DNA from: Sedimentisphaerales bacterium
GTDB lineage: Bacteria; Planctomycetota; Phycisphaerae; Sedimentisphaerales; SM23-30
DNA length: 64,000 nt
Assembly: GCA_963663965.2 (NCBI GenBank)
Contig: CAXXFK010000013.1
Location: 96,001 to 160,000, forward strand
Direction of reading: 5' to 3'
Each line of letters starts with the position of its first letter. The stretch's first letter is position 1. This document shows, one piece after another, positions 10,564 to 20,627 of the stretch. Under the pieces are notes generated by a model. It was not told where the DNA came from, did not search any database, and saw nothing but the letters and a program-made list of their open reading frames with translations. Position numbers and translations under genes: made by a program.

Positions 10564-12723
10564 TTACTGGCAGGTACTTTCCGGATACAGTCCGCAATCC
10601 AGCCATCCAGCGGCCATAATTGCAACGTCGGCAATGGTTACCTGGCAGTCATTATTCAAGTCTGCTTCCGGTTTAACCTGACAAGCGGGAACGCCACCAT
10701 CCGCATAATACTGAGCAGCGATTTCATCCGCGGTCAACGCATAGTTATAGACGCGAATTTCATCCAATTGACCGTTGAAGTAGGCATCATTCCATGCGCT
10801 CTTACCGATGTAGTTGTTTACGCGGGTGATATTGGTCGGCATTGGCATGGTTACCTGAGGCGTATTATGGGTTCCATTCGTGTTAAAGTAATAGTACTGC
10901 AAGCCATTCTTATACAGTTTGGCGACACCCGAGGCATCCTGAGTTGCGGTGAACATCTGCCATTTATCCTGCTCGATGGCTACGGTGCCACGCAGAAGGG
11001 TGTTCTGATTTATGCCAGTGGCATTTCTGAAGATAAAGTTACTAGTGGTGCTTTCACGACTCACGAAGATGTTTTCCAGCGGAGCGCCATTGGAGAACTG
11101 CATGAAGTTGGCCCAGCCACCAGCCGCCGTGGGTTTAGCCCAGAAATTAATGGTGATGCCACCCAGGAAGTTGGCGAAGCCATCCGGCAGGTCAATGTAG
11201 TTCTTATAGGTGTTGGACAGATCAACCGCCTGACCAGATACACCTGCGCTATAGGAGGGCAGAATGTTATCGGGTTCAGTGCCCAGGGTTGCGCCGGTTC
11301 CATGCAATTCGCTACCCGATGCATCGTCGGCATTGCCTTCGAAGGGATAGTAAGCATAGAGACGTTTGACGTAAACCATGACATTGGCTGTAGTTGAAGT
11401 GCCCCCCGTGTTCGTTGCAGTGGCATAGATAAGACCGTCATCGGCGGCCGTCACATTGCTAAAGGTCAGGGTCGATGTGTAGATATCACCATCATTAATA
11501 GTGTCTATCGTGACGTTGCCAACACCAGAGGTCAGTTCTTGATCGGTCTCGCCCATTTCTTTGTACCAATTGATAGTGATATCACTACTGCCTGGAATGG
11601 GTTTTTGTGTGACTAACGTATAAACCGCATCGTCACCCAACATAACATATTGATGAGTTGGAGGAGTGACAATAATGGGTGAATTGGGAAGGGTATCAAA
11701 GGTGTAGGTATAACTGATATACGTCTTACCGTCAGCCGTGGTATCGACTCTCCAATAATAGGTGGTTTCACGATCGAGTGAAGAGAGTGCATGGCTATTG
11801 GCAGTTAGAGCCAGGTTGGCAACAGTGGCGTAAGTCGTCATATTGGCGTTGGGGTCCAGCATATTCGGATCGGTACCTACATAGAGATGATAGCCAGAAG
11901 GCGTGATATCTGAAGCAACCGTCCAACTTAGCGTGGGGTCAGTGGCAACATTTTTTGCACCATCAGTTGGGGTAACGCTTTCTACGACAACCCGATTATA
12001 GGTATCCGGGCCCAAAGTATAGTTGAAGGCAACTTCTTCATCGCTCATGACATGGTCGTAAATACGGAATTCGTTGATGGTACCACTGTAACCAGGGTCA
12101 TTGTACAAGGCGGCGCCAATCAGGGCCATGGAACGAGCCACATTTGTCAATGAATGCTTAGTGGTGATCTCGTCAACCAGTACACCATTTTGATAAAGCC
12201 GCATCTGGGAGGTGGTTTCATCATAGACGCAAACAGCATGGATCTCAACATTTAAAGCGGAATTGTCAGTTTCGGCCCACTGCTCCCCATATTCCTCTAG
12301 GTAACCCGGGATACCACCGGTGGTGATCGAAAAACGGGATGTACCAGCATCAGTGCCGCCGGAGGTGGGAGTGTACATAATGTAATTTCCGCCGTTACTG
12401 CCATCGGTTTCGCCAAAGTCGAAAACGCGCTGCCAGTTCTGATCGATATTGATGGTATACCAGAACTCAATCGATACGCTGGTATAATCGCTCAACACAT
12501 CCGCCGGCAACGCGACGTGTGGCGCGCTTCTTCCACTGGCGCCGGCATTTAATACTAACTGGCCGCCACTGATGGTAGCGCCATTCATCAGGTTACCGTC
12601 TTTGCCACCCACCGAATCAATGGCCAGCGTACCGCCTGTAGTAAAACTATAACGGTTTACCAGTGTTGCCTGCGCTGGAATGATTAAAGCCAGTACGAGC
12701 AAACAAAACAATGCTTTTTTCAT
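10564..12723 (-). CDS. Secreted LamG + Ig + LamG protein with dockerin-like tail
   Basis: Signal peptide, two LamG signatures (GTINEFRIYD, GQLDEIRVYN), YYWRVD, ADLNNDCQV..WL. Confidence 0.9.
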   Translation of the reverse strand: MKKALFCLLVLALIIPAQATLVNRYSFTTGGTLAIDSVGGKDGNLMNGATISGGQLVLNAGASGRSAPHVALPADVLSDYTSVSIEFWYTINIDQNWQRVFDFGETDGSNGGNYIMYTPTSGGTDAGTSRFSITTGGIPGYLEEYGEQWAETDNSALNVEIHAVCVYDETTSQMRLYQNGVLVDEITTKHSLTNVARSMALIGAALYNDPGYSGTINEFRIYDHVMSDEEVAFNYTLGPDTYNRVVVESVTPTDGAKNVATDPTLSWTVASDITPSGYHLYVGTDPNMLDPNANMTTYATVANLALTANSHALSSLDRETTYYWRVDTTADGKTYISYTYTFDTLPNSPIIVTPPTHQYVMLGDDAVYTLVTQKPIPGSSDITINWYKEMGETDQELTSGVGNVTIDTINDGDIYTSTLTFSNVTAADDGLIYATATNTGGTSTTANVMVYVKRLYAYYPFEGNADDASGSELHGTGATLGTEPDNILPSYSAGVSGQAVDLSNTYKNYIDLPDGFANFLGGITINFWAKPTAAGGWANFMQFSNGAPLENIFVSRESTTSNFIFRNATGINQNTLLRGTVAIEQDKWQMFTATQDASGVAKLYKNGLQYYYFNTNGTHNTPQVTMPMPTNITRVNNYIGKSAWNDAYFNGQLDEIRVYNYALTADEIAAQYYADGGVPACQVKPEADLNNDCQVTIADVAIMAAGWLDCGLYPESTCQ

Positions 12724-13921
12724 AATCGAACTCCTCTAAAATTAAGAAACGGTATCATTGTGCCAATACTGACCCGCTTCTAATCGCCAGTATTGGTGAC
12801 TGTTAAAAAAAAAATGTATGCTAGACCCAAATCAATAAACGTGTCGTCTCTTTTGTCATCATTCTGCTTTTAATCCGTTTAAATGTTTTTTTCGTCGTGA
12901 CAACGTAAAGAAAATATCAAGCAACATATGTCAGCTTACCGATAAAAAAGCCAACTCCTGCCGCTCAATCAACTGGCTACCCACTGTTAAATTTTACGTG
13001 ACACAAATAACGCTTTAATTCACAATTAATTTTAACTTCATTTACAGTGTAATGTCAAGGATATTTCTATATACCGGGACATTTTCATCCTTTTCCATGA
13101 AATTAAGATTCATCAGGGTTAGAGATATTCTGGAAATGAACTGATAAATCTAATTTCATTGCGACTATTCGCGAAAACCAATCGGTATCATAGCTTTTTA
13201 AATCAAAGCTAAACACCTAACACAAAAATGATAACAAATAGAATGATTAAATCATTTCGGTTGAACCATTTATTTCATAGCAACCATACCCTGTACCATG
13301 ATTAGGAAATTGGCATTTTCCAAGTTAACCTTTAAGGTTATCACTATCTTATCGGTTATTGGCGGTCGATTATTATCAGTTAATTTTAATTTGACTTTAA
13401 ACGATCCTAGTGGGCCGCCCAGAGCGGCGCTGCCACCAAAAGCCATGGTTCAATATCTGTTCATAAATGTCACCGAGGTTAACGATTTGACTACAAAAAT
13501 ATTTTTAAGCGTTCAATCAGGTATCGGCGATGTTTGTATACTGGTTTATATTCAGCTATTGATTAAAGGGAACTTGTTCATTCAGAACTGCATGCAAAAA
13601 TCTGAGTACAGCAAGCTGTGCATTTTCCTATAAATGGCGTTATAAAAAACCAGGAATCATATCAAACAGGCTCCAGTTTTGATTTTTGCCAGAGAGAAAC
13701 CATCCTCGCTTTAGCCTCAGTAAGGAACCGCGCAAAAATAACACCTTCATTTCTCATCCCATCTTGCCGCCATCTTCAGTCGCCTCTCAATCGCGAAATC
13801 CTCGACATAGAACAGCACTGCCTGCGGTTTCGCTCAATCGGCGCGACTGAATCTGACAACAAGCTGTGTGATAAATGTAGCATTTATTTATGCGCGGCTC
13901 CTAACGGTAGTTTTGGTGTGA

Positions 13922-14509
13922 TTAATCCAAAGCATTTCCGCAATGGTCACAATATTTAGCATCGGGATCATTTATTTCCTGGCAGGTCGAACATGATTTT
14001 GTTTTTATTAATTTTGCACCGCACTGGTCGCAGAAACGGGCGTTTGTTTCAGCGATATGATTGCATTTGTGGCACCTGATTGTAATGTTTATTTCATTAC
14101 GGCGAATATTTTTATTGGCATTGAATAAGTCTCCCAAGCCTGCTGCGGCAATACCAGTCGCCAGGCCTTCACCCATGGCTTGTGTCGCATGACGGATTCC
14201 TTCCTGAGTTTCGCTGGCCATATAATTGAAGGAATCTTTGGCAACCGGAGCCGTTTCTTCAGCCATAAATCTCATAATTCGTCCGGCGAAACCGATTTGT
14301 GTCATCATTGCGCCTATTCCCAGGAGCGGAATGCCTAAGAATGCACACCAGAACAATCGTGGAGAACCATGGCCGGCAAATGCCAAGAAAAAGTCAATCA
14401 AGCCGATTAATAGTCCTATACCACCTAGAATAATAAAAATGGGACCAATCGTACGTAAAATCGAACGTGGTGTTTTGTGGTTTTTGTCAATTCTGAAATC
14501 TTCTTTCAT
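13922..14509 (-). CDS. Two-TM protein with double zinc ribbon
   Basis: Two hydrophobic helices; CHKC, CDQC, CSTC, CDHC. Confidence 0.85.
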   Translation of the reverse strand: MKEDFRIDKNHKTPRSILRTIGPIFIILGGIGLLIGLIDFFLAFAGHGSPRLFWCAFLGIPLLGIGAMMTQIGFAGRIMRFMAEETAPVAKDSFNYMASETQEGIRHATQAMGEGLATGIAAAGLGDLFNANKNIRRNEINITIRCHKCNHIAETNARFCDQCGAKLIKTKSCSTCQEINDPDAKYCDHCGNALD

Positions 14510-14591
14510 TTGGTTTCTCCCACAGAAACTTGAAGAACCCGCATAAAATGCTATAAAAATTTACGTTTATGCCATTTATACTATTGAAAAC

Positions 14592-14617
14592 GACGTAACT
14601 TAAGCAGAAATGTTACA
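14592..14617 (-). promoter_or_regulatory. ECF-sigma-type promoter
   Basis: TGTAAC-N16-CGTC on the minus strand upstream of the zinc-ribbon gene. Confidence 0.45.
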
Positions 14618-14618
14618 T

Positions 14619-14720
14619 AAAAAAGGTGAAGCAGGGCAGGAGGGGTTTGCTCTGCTTCACCAGCAAAGGAGGAGAAAAGAGAATTTCAGTATTGAATTTC
14701 TAATTAACAGCTTCCTAACT
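14619..14720 (-). ncRNA. Candidate small RNA with anti-SD C-rich motifs
   Basis: TTGTGC-N18-TATAAT (14756-14727), CTCCTCCTTT, 14-bp stem with a CCCCTCC loop, then T6. Confidence 0.45.
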
Positions 14721-15013
14721 TCAGGTATTATAATCGACAAAATGGCTTATGCACAAAAAATTATAGCCAAAATTTAAATAAATTTCCATACAAAGGTTAT
14801 ATTTTGCCTAATTTAACATATAAAATTTGCGGCATGTTAAAATGGGTAATTTATTAAAAAGTAAATTTTTTGTTAAATATTATTCTTGCGTAATACAAGT
14901 AAAAAAGTAGTATGGGAGATCTTATTACCGGATCGCAATCGGTTAAATAGAGTGATATGCAAGGTTTGCCAAGTTGAACCTGAAAAAACCATGGGAATTC
15001 ATTGAGGTGTTCC

Positions 15014-16543
15014 ATGTTAGCAAAAATCCCCAGTTCAGCGATGATTGGTATCGAAGCGTTTGAATGTGAAATCGAAGTGGATATCGGTGGTGGTTCGACG
15101 GAGCGGCCAATGATCGTTGGTTTACCTGATACTGCGGTAAAAGAAAGTATTGAGCGGGTTCGGAGCGCCATCAGCAACAGTGGATACCGGTTTCCGGTTG
15201 AATCGATGATCATTAATCTGGCGCCGGCCAATCTAAAGAAAGAAGGTCCGGCCTTTGATCTGCCGATTGCCATTGGGGTCATGGCGGCATCGAATTTCAT
15301 TACCTGTGACCATCTGGTGAAAATTATGATGGTGGGGGAAATGGCTCTTGATGGCCGGATTCGCCCGGTAAAAGGGGCGTTGTCAACCGCTATAATGGCA
15401 AGAGATAACGGCTATACCACGATGATTGTTCCGGCTGATAATGCGCGCGAAGCAGCGGTTGTTCAGGATATTGACGTCATTCCAGTGGGTTCGCTGACGG
15501 AGGCCGTTGGTTTTTTGAACGGTCAGCTGCCCATTGAACCCCTTTGTGTCGATATTGAGCAGGTTTTTGAAGAGTTATCAAGATACGATATCGATTTTTC
15601 AGATGTTAAGGGGCAGGAAGGTGTGAAGCGGGCCGTCACCATTGCCGCGGCGGGCAATCATAATCTATTACTGCTGGGGCCTCCCGGTACCGGAAAAACC
15701 ATGCTGGCCAAGCGTATCCCAACGATATTGCCCGCTCTGACCCTGGAAGAATCGTTAGAAACAACTCGAGTCCATTCTGCAATGGGATTACTGAATAAAA
15801 ACCAGGCGCTTTTAGCCACTCGGCCGGTCCGATTCCCGCATCATTCGGCGAGCGGCCCATCCCTGGTGGGAGGCGGCAGTGTCCCACGTCCGGGAGAACT
15901 CTCTCTGGCCCACCATGGACTGCTATTTCTGGATGAATTTCCGGAATTTAAACGAACCGTTCTGGAAACCATTCGCCAGCCACTCGAAGATGGCACGGTG
16001 ACGATTTCGCGCGCTGCCGGCACTATCACATTTCCAGCGGATTTTATGTTAGTTGCCGCGATGAATCCCTGTCCATGCGGCTACTTGACAGATCCCAAGC
16101 GTAAATGTAAATGCACCCCCATCCAGATAGAGCGCTATTTATCCAGGATTTCCGGTCCTCTGGTGGATCGGATCGACATTCATGTTGAAGTTCCAGCGGT
16201 GCCTTTCAATGAGTTGCAAAGCAAGCAGGATGGCACTGGTTCACAAACCATGCGTGAGCAGGTGATTATGGCCCGTCAGATCCAAGCCCGCCGGTTTAAT
16301 GGTGATGGCATTTTTACCAACGCCCGCATGAACAGCAGGATGATTCGCAAGTATTGCCAGCTTGACCAGGCCGGTCTGGATACCATCAAGCAGGCGGTTT
16401 ATGAGATGGGGCTCAGCGCCAGGGCTCATGACAAAGTGCTTAAAATCGCACGGACAATTGCGGATCTTGACAATATAGGCGACGTCCAATCCTGTCATGT
16501 TCAGGAAGCGATCCAGTACAGGCGTCTGGACCGTAAGTTTTAA
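15014..16543 (+). CDS. comM: YifB/ComM family Mg-chelatase-like AAA+ ATPase
   Basis: IVGLPD, INLAPA..KEG..FDLPIA, GPPGTGKT, PHHSAS, LFLDEFPEF, AAMNPCPCG; ATG 15014 follows GAGG. Confidence 0.95.
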   Translation: MLAKIPSSAMIGIEAFECEIEVDIGGGSTERPMIVGLPDTAVKESIERVRSAISNSGYRFPVESMIINLAPANLKKEGPAFDLPIAIGVMAASNFITCDHLVKIMMVGEMALDGRIRPVKGALSTAIMARDNGYTTMIVPADNAREAAVVQDIDVIPVGSLTEAVGFLNGQLPIEPLCVDIEQVFEELSRYDIDFSDVKGQEGVKRAVTIAAAGNHNLLLLGPPGTGKTMLAKRIPTILPALTLEESLETTRVHSAMGLLNKNQALLATRPVRFPHHSASGPSLVGGGSVPRPGELSLAHHGLLFLDEFPEFKRTVLETIRQPLEDGTVTISRAAGTITFPADFMLVAAMNPCPCGYLTDPKRKCKCTPIQIERYLSRISGPLVDRIDIHVEVPAVPFNELQSKQDGTGSQTMREQVIMARQIQARRFNGDGIFTNARMNSRMIRKYCQLDQAGLDTIKQAVYEMGLSARAHDKVLKIARTIADLDNIGDVQSCHVQEAIQYRRLDRKF

Positions 16544-16710
16544 CTATGTAATGCCCGTCGTCCGGGCTCTGGAGCATTGAACGCCTGACTAAAAGTTCAG
16601 TGATTCGCTTGAATTTGAAGCCGGAGCGGATTATTCTGTTTGGTGGTTAAATCATAGAGGAGATCCATGGATATCTTCAATTCTTAAATTTTTCACAGGA
16701 ATATAGAAAA

Positions 16711-17391
16711 ATGAGCCAATTTGCCGGTGACAAGAAAGTGGGGCAATCGATTTTGGGGCCCATTGAAACCCGTTTTAAGAACGCGTTAGTGCCTCATTTT
16801 CCCAAATGGATCGAAACGTACCATTTAACACTGACCACAATTCTCTGGTCGGCCGGCATGGTTCTTTTTGGGTGGTTAACGCGTCGTCATCCAGCCTGGA
16901 CTTTTGGGATGTCAGTGATGCTGGTATTGCAATACCTGACCGATTTGTTCGATGGGGCGTTGGGGCGGTATCGGGATACGGGGCTTGTCAAGTGGGGGTT
17001 CTTTATGGACCATTTTTTGGATTTTATTTTTTCCGGTTCGATTGTCATTGCCTATGCCATGATGGCTCCGGAAGAGGTCAGCTTGTACTATTTTTTCGGC
17101 CTGATTCTTTGCAGCGGTGGATTCATGGTCAATTCTTTCCTTAACTTCGCTTCTACCAATGAGTTCCAGATATGTTTCTGGGGTATCGGGCCGACCGAAA
17201 TCCGGTTGGTTTATGTCATTATCAATACCATTATTTTTATCTGGGGGGTTGGGATTTTTAAAATTTGGGTCCCCATGTTATTTGTATTGAATTTGCTTTC
17301 TCTGGTGGTTATGATTTTCCGGTCACAGCAGAGGCTGTGGAGTATAGATATGACCGTAAAAAATAATCGAAAGGAGCCTGACAATGGCTAA
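16711..17391 (+). CDS. CDP-alcohol phosphatidyltransferase family protein
   Basis: D-x2-DG-x2-GR...G-x3-D-x3-D (DLFDGALGR...GFFMDHFLD); multiple TM helices. Confidence 0.88.
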   Translation: MSQFAGDKKVGQSILGPIETRFKNALVPHFPKWIETYHLTLTTILWSAGMVLFGWLTRRHPAWTFGMSVMLVLQYLTDLFDGALGRYRDTGLVKWGFFMDHFLDFIFSGSIVIAYAMMAPEEVSLYYFFGLILCSGGFMVNSFLNFASTNEFQICFWGIGPTEIRLVYVIINTIIFIWGVGIFKIWVPMLFVLNLLSLVVMIFRSQQRLWSIDMTVKNNRKEPDNG

Positions 17392-17746
17392 TGAAATTAT
17401 TGTCGAACTCAATGGATCTCAGTATAAGTTGCTGTCTTCCCTGGTTGATGAATTATATTCTGATGATACCAGTCTGGCCAGTCGAATTAAAAAACTCAGC
17501 AAAACGGAAGGTTACTATGAACTAACCCTGGGTGTAGAAGAATTGAGTACTATGTGCGAAGCAATAGCCGATGTGGCCAACCAGGAAGAGGATGCTCGTA
17601 AACAGAATAAGATTTTCGACCTGGTCGATTATCTGGAAGATGTTCTGTATGAAAACACCGAAGAGGTGGAAGATGAGGAAGACTGGGACGATGATGATGA
17701 GGAATGGGACGATGCCGATGAAGACGAATGGGATGATGAAGAATAG
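17384..17746 (+). CDS. Hypothetical protein with acidic Trp-repeat tail
   Basis: SD AAGGAG, overlaps the upstream gene; tail EEDWDDDDEEWDDADEDEWDDEE. Confidence 0.75.
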   Translation: MANEIIVELNGSQYKLLSSLVDELYSDDTSLASRIKKLSKTEGYYELTLGVEELSTMCEAIADVANQEEDARKQNKIFDLVDYLEDVLYENTEEVEDEEDWDDDDEEWDDADEDEWDDEE

Positions 17747-17814
17747 GATTTATCAACGCGTTCAGTCTGATCATTTAGCATGCTATTGACGCTGGCAAAT
17801 CATTTAGAAAAATC

Positions 17815-17846
17815 ACATTCGAGACGGTAACTATCGTCTCGAATGT
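17815..17846. terminator. Hairpin between convergent genes
   Basis: ACATTCGAGACG/CGTCTCGAATGT stem. Confidence 0.7.
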
Positions 17847-17856
17847 CTTTTAGAAA

Positions 17857-18486
17857 TCACTTCAATTCGACAGTCCAATAGGCATGGTCAAGGAACTGTT
17901 TCCACGATCGGTAGCGACCATCGGTGAGATTAAGGCCAAGAACGGGAGAACGGTTGGGGCGTATTGGTTTTTTAATCAATTTCATGTTTGCTTCTTCCGG
18001 AGTGCGACTTCCTTTCCTGGTATTGCATTTTACGCAACAGCATACCAGGTTATTCCAACTGGCTTCTCCGCCCTGACAACGAGGAATCACATGGTCCAGA
18101 TTCAATTCAACCGTAGCAAACCGTCCGCCGCAATACTGACAGCGATTATGATCGCGGGCATAGATATTGCGCCGATTTAATTTTACTGATCCACGAGGCA
18201 ATCGGTCGTAAAATAACAACCTAACAATACGGGGGACGGCAATACTGATACGCACGCCGTGCAGCCAGTCGTGGGCATCGGGTTGAAATTCTTTTTTGAT
18301 TTGTGAGATATCGACCCAACTGGAGAAATCGTAATTGCTATAGCGGCCATCATCATATTCAACTACTTCTGCCAGACGGCGGCACAAAAGTGAGATAGCC
18401 CGTTTTACATTGACTACTCGTATAGCCATGTAATGTTTGTTCAACACCAGCACCTGACAATCCAAGGCTGTTGCATTGGCCAGCAT
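17857..18486 (-). CDS. HNH endonuclease (McrA-like, standalone)
   Basis: VLVLN, RD...CQYCG, LDHVIPR..GG..W.NLV.CC..CN..KG. Confidence 0.92.
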   Translation of the reverse strand: MLANATALDCQVLVLNKHYMAIRVVNVKRAISLLCRRLAEVVEYDDGRYSNYDFSSWVDISQIKKEFQPDAHDWLHGVRISIAVPRIVRLLFYDRLPRGSVKLNRRNIYARDHNRCQYCGGRFATVELNLDHVIPRCQGGEASWNNLVCCCVKCNTRKGSRTPEEANMKLIKKPIRPNRSPVLGLNLTDGRYRSWKQFLDHAYWTVELK

Positions 18487-18761
18487 AACATTCTCCTGTA
18501 AAAACGCTAAATTGCCATGTGGTTAAGTATTATCATAACCGAGGTCAAAGATTCGTACAAGTTAAATTAACGTCAGAATGCTGTTCAGAATTCATTGTAT
18601 GTTAATCACACAGCCAAATTGGCATATCAGGGAAGTAATATGATTGATAAATGGGTTAAAAGTTCTGCCATTATGGCATGAAATTTTGGCGCAAAATATT
18701 TTAAATGGCGCCATGATTTATAAGTTGTTACAAAATAACGAATTGTGATTTTGTTAGATTC

Positions 18762-18777
18762 TGGCACACAATTTGCA
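18762..18777 (+). promoter_or_regulatory. Sigma54 (-24/-12) promoter of hsp20
   Basis: TGGCAC-ACAAT-TTGCA, an exact consensus match. Confidence 0.75.
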
Positions 18778-18839
18778 AATTAGATAAGCAGTAACGAAAT
18801 AATAAATTCAGGTGATACTTTTAAGAAAGGAGACTCATT

Positions 18840-19274
18840 ATGTTACCTGTACTGAACAAAAAATCTATTGAACCGTTTGCTCGTAATCCTCTTATTAATG
18901 CCATGGATCGTCTGATGGATGAAATGTTTACCGATGGTTTTGCCCTGGTGGAAACCGGCGGCCGAATGGACATGTATGAAGCGGGCGACAAATTATATGT
19001 CGAAGCTGAAGTGCCCGGTTTTAAACATGACGAACTGGATTTAAGCCTGGAAAACAATGTCCTGACTGTCAAAGCAGAGCAAAGAATCGAAGAAGAAGAC
19101 AAAAACGTAAATTATTACATCCGTGAGCGCCGTCGTCAACGGTGGGCCCGATCGATCCGGTTGCCCGTCAATGTGGACAACAACAAGATTAACGCATCAT
19201 TTAATGATGGTATTCTCAAAATCGAAATGGAAAAGGCCGAAGTGGCGAAGGCCCATAAAATCCAGATTAAATAA
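18840..19274 (+). CDS. Hsp20/alpha-crystallin small heat shock protein
   Basis: DMYE..D..VEAEVPG, RSIRLP, ASFNDGILKI; SD AAGGAG. Confidence 0.95.
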   Translation: MLPVLNKKSIEPFARNPLINAMDRLMDEMFTDGFALVETGGRMDMYEAGDKLYVEAEVPGFKHDELDLSLENNVLTVKAEQRIEEEDKNVNYYIRERRRQRWARSIRLPVNVDNNKINASFNDGILKIEMEKAEVAKAHKIQIK

Positions 19275-19381
19275 CACTATCGCTTTGGCCTGACGGTAAG
19301 CGGCCTGGCCAGCTATGACAACAGCTTACCGGTTAACAGCAAATTCTTACTTTCGTTCATTGAATAACGACTCCTTTTCGG

Positions 19382-19415
19382 AAACCGTCGCGTCAGCCAG
19401 CGCGACGGTTTTTTT
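19382..19415 (+). terminator. Intrinsic terminator after hsp20
   Basis: AAACCGTCGCG/CGCGACGGTTT stem plus T run. Confidence 0.85.
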
Positions 19416-19548
19416 GTCGATCCTGATTAAAATTTTGACAAAGCTATTGAAATTGCCGGATCAGATTGATAAGATAAATAATATCCAAGCTTAAGGTTGT
19501 CTTATTATTCTGTTATCCGCATTTAATTGATGCGGGGGGAGATTCAAA

Positions 19549-20235
19549 ATGAAGAAGATTGTGGTTGTTATTTCGGTTCTATTGTTTGTCACTCCTAGCC
19601 TTGTTCTGGCTAATATATCCGGTCCAGTGTTTCCAGCTCCGGGTGGCGTGTCTTATACCATGACCGGCAATATTGCCCGGGCAGGAGGATTAACCATATC
19701 TTTTACCGGTCTTAATCCCTCAAATTATGACCAACTCTGGTGGGGGCCATGGGATGCTTCCAGCGTCTATCTGGATCTGGATAATCTTTATGAACGCACT
19801 GGCGACGTCACTACGCTTGCTTATAATCCAACTCGCGGTGTCTGGGAAGGGAGTTCCTGGATCCATCTTTTCAGTGAATCTACTCCAAGTTACAATCAAT
19901 ACTATACTCGATTAAAGGTATCGGGGGTGTCATTGATCGATTCGTCAACGATTGGACTGACAGATATAAATCATCCAGATGCCGTAGCGGAAATTACCGG
20001 GACCAGTTTTTCTGTCACCTTGATTTTTGAAGCGGCCCAGTATCAGAGTGGACCCTGGACACCCGCTTTGGACCTTTTTGACAGTTTGAGTACGATACCT
20101 GGTCACCAGGTTGACGCTTTGTTTTCGGGGGGATTTTTCTATACGAGCAGTGCGGTTCCGGCTCCGGGGGCGATGATGCTGGCCGGGTTGGGCACGGGTT
20201 TGGTTGGCTGGGTACGACGCCGTCGCCTGGAATAA
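19549..20235 (+). CDS. PEP-CTERM (VPAPG) sorting-signal protein
   Basis: Signal peptide; C-terminal AVPAPGA-TM-RRRR. Confidence 0.88.
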   Translation: MKKIVVVISVLLFVTPSLVLANISGPVFPAPGGVSYTMTGNIARAGGLTISFTGLNPSNYDQLWWGPWDASSVYLDLDNLYERTGDVTTLAYNPTRGVWEGSSWIHLFSESTPSYNQYYTRLKVSGVSLIDSSTIGLTDINHPDAVAEITGTSFSVTLIFEAAQYQSGPWTPALDLFDSLSTIPGHQVDALFSGGFFYTSSAVPAPGAMMLAGLGTGLVGWVRRRRLE

Positions 20236-20248
20236 TGCGAAAATTCAC

Positions 20249-20515
20249 TCAATCGTGGTCGAAGACCATTTTCTGGCATTCAACACCTTCGACCTGGTTG
20301 AGTTTATACATTAACTCGAAGCAGGTGTGGTTATCGCCAATCATTTCGAGTAGCACTAATCCATTGGGGGAACAGACCGTATCGCTGGCTTCATGCAAGC
20401 CAAGGCGGGTCTTGATATTACATCCATATTCAGTAAATAAGCGCTGAATTTCTGTGACATGTTTGATTCGGTCGGTAATGTGAACTCCCAGAATAATATG
20501 ATCTTTCCTGGTCAT
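20249..20515 (-). CDS. Small ACT-like protein (TM1266/hydrogenase-regulator-like)
   Basis: IILGV..DR....Q..TEYGCNIKTRLGLH..CS..GL.LLE motif. Confidence 0.75.
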   Translation of the reverse strand: MTRKDHIILGVHITDRIKHVTEIQRLFTEYGCNIKTRLGLHEASDTVCSPNGLVLLEMIGDNHTCFELMYKLNQVEGVECQKMVFDHD

Positions 20516-20627
20516 GATCGATCCTTTCGCGCAGTAAATAACGAATGGTAATTGTTGATTATTGTCAGATCGGTATTATAATAGTCTGTCAAAAAGAATT
20601 TTCCAGTCATTTTTCAGGGAGTATTCC

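Noticed and set aside
19285..19335. c-di-GMP-I riboswitch
   Set aside because: The 3' part is superficially similar, but the GCAAA/GAAA/GACGCAAA core is missing and it lies 3' of a gene
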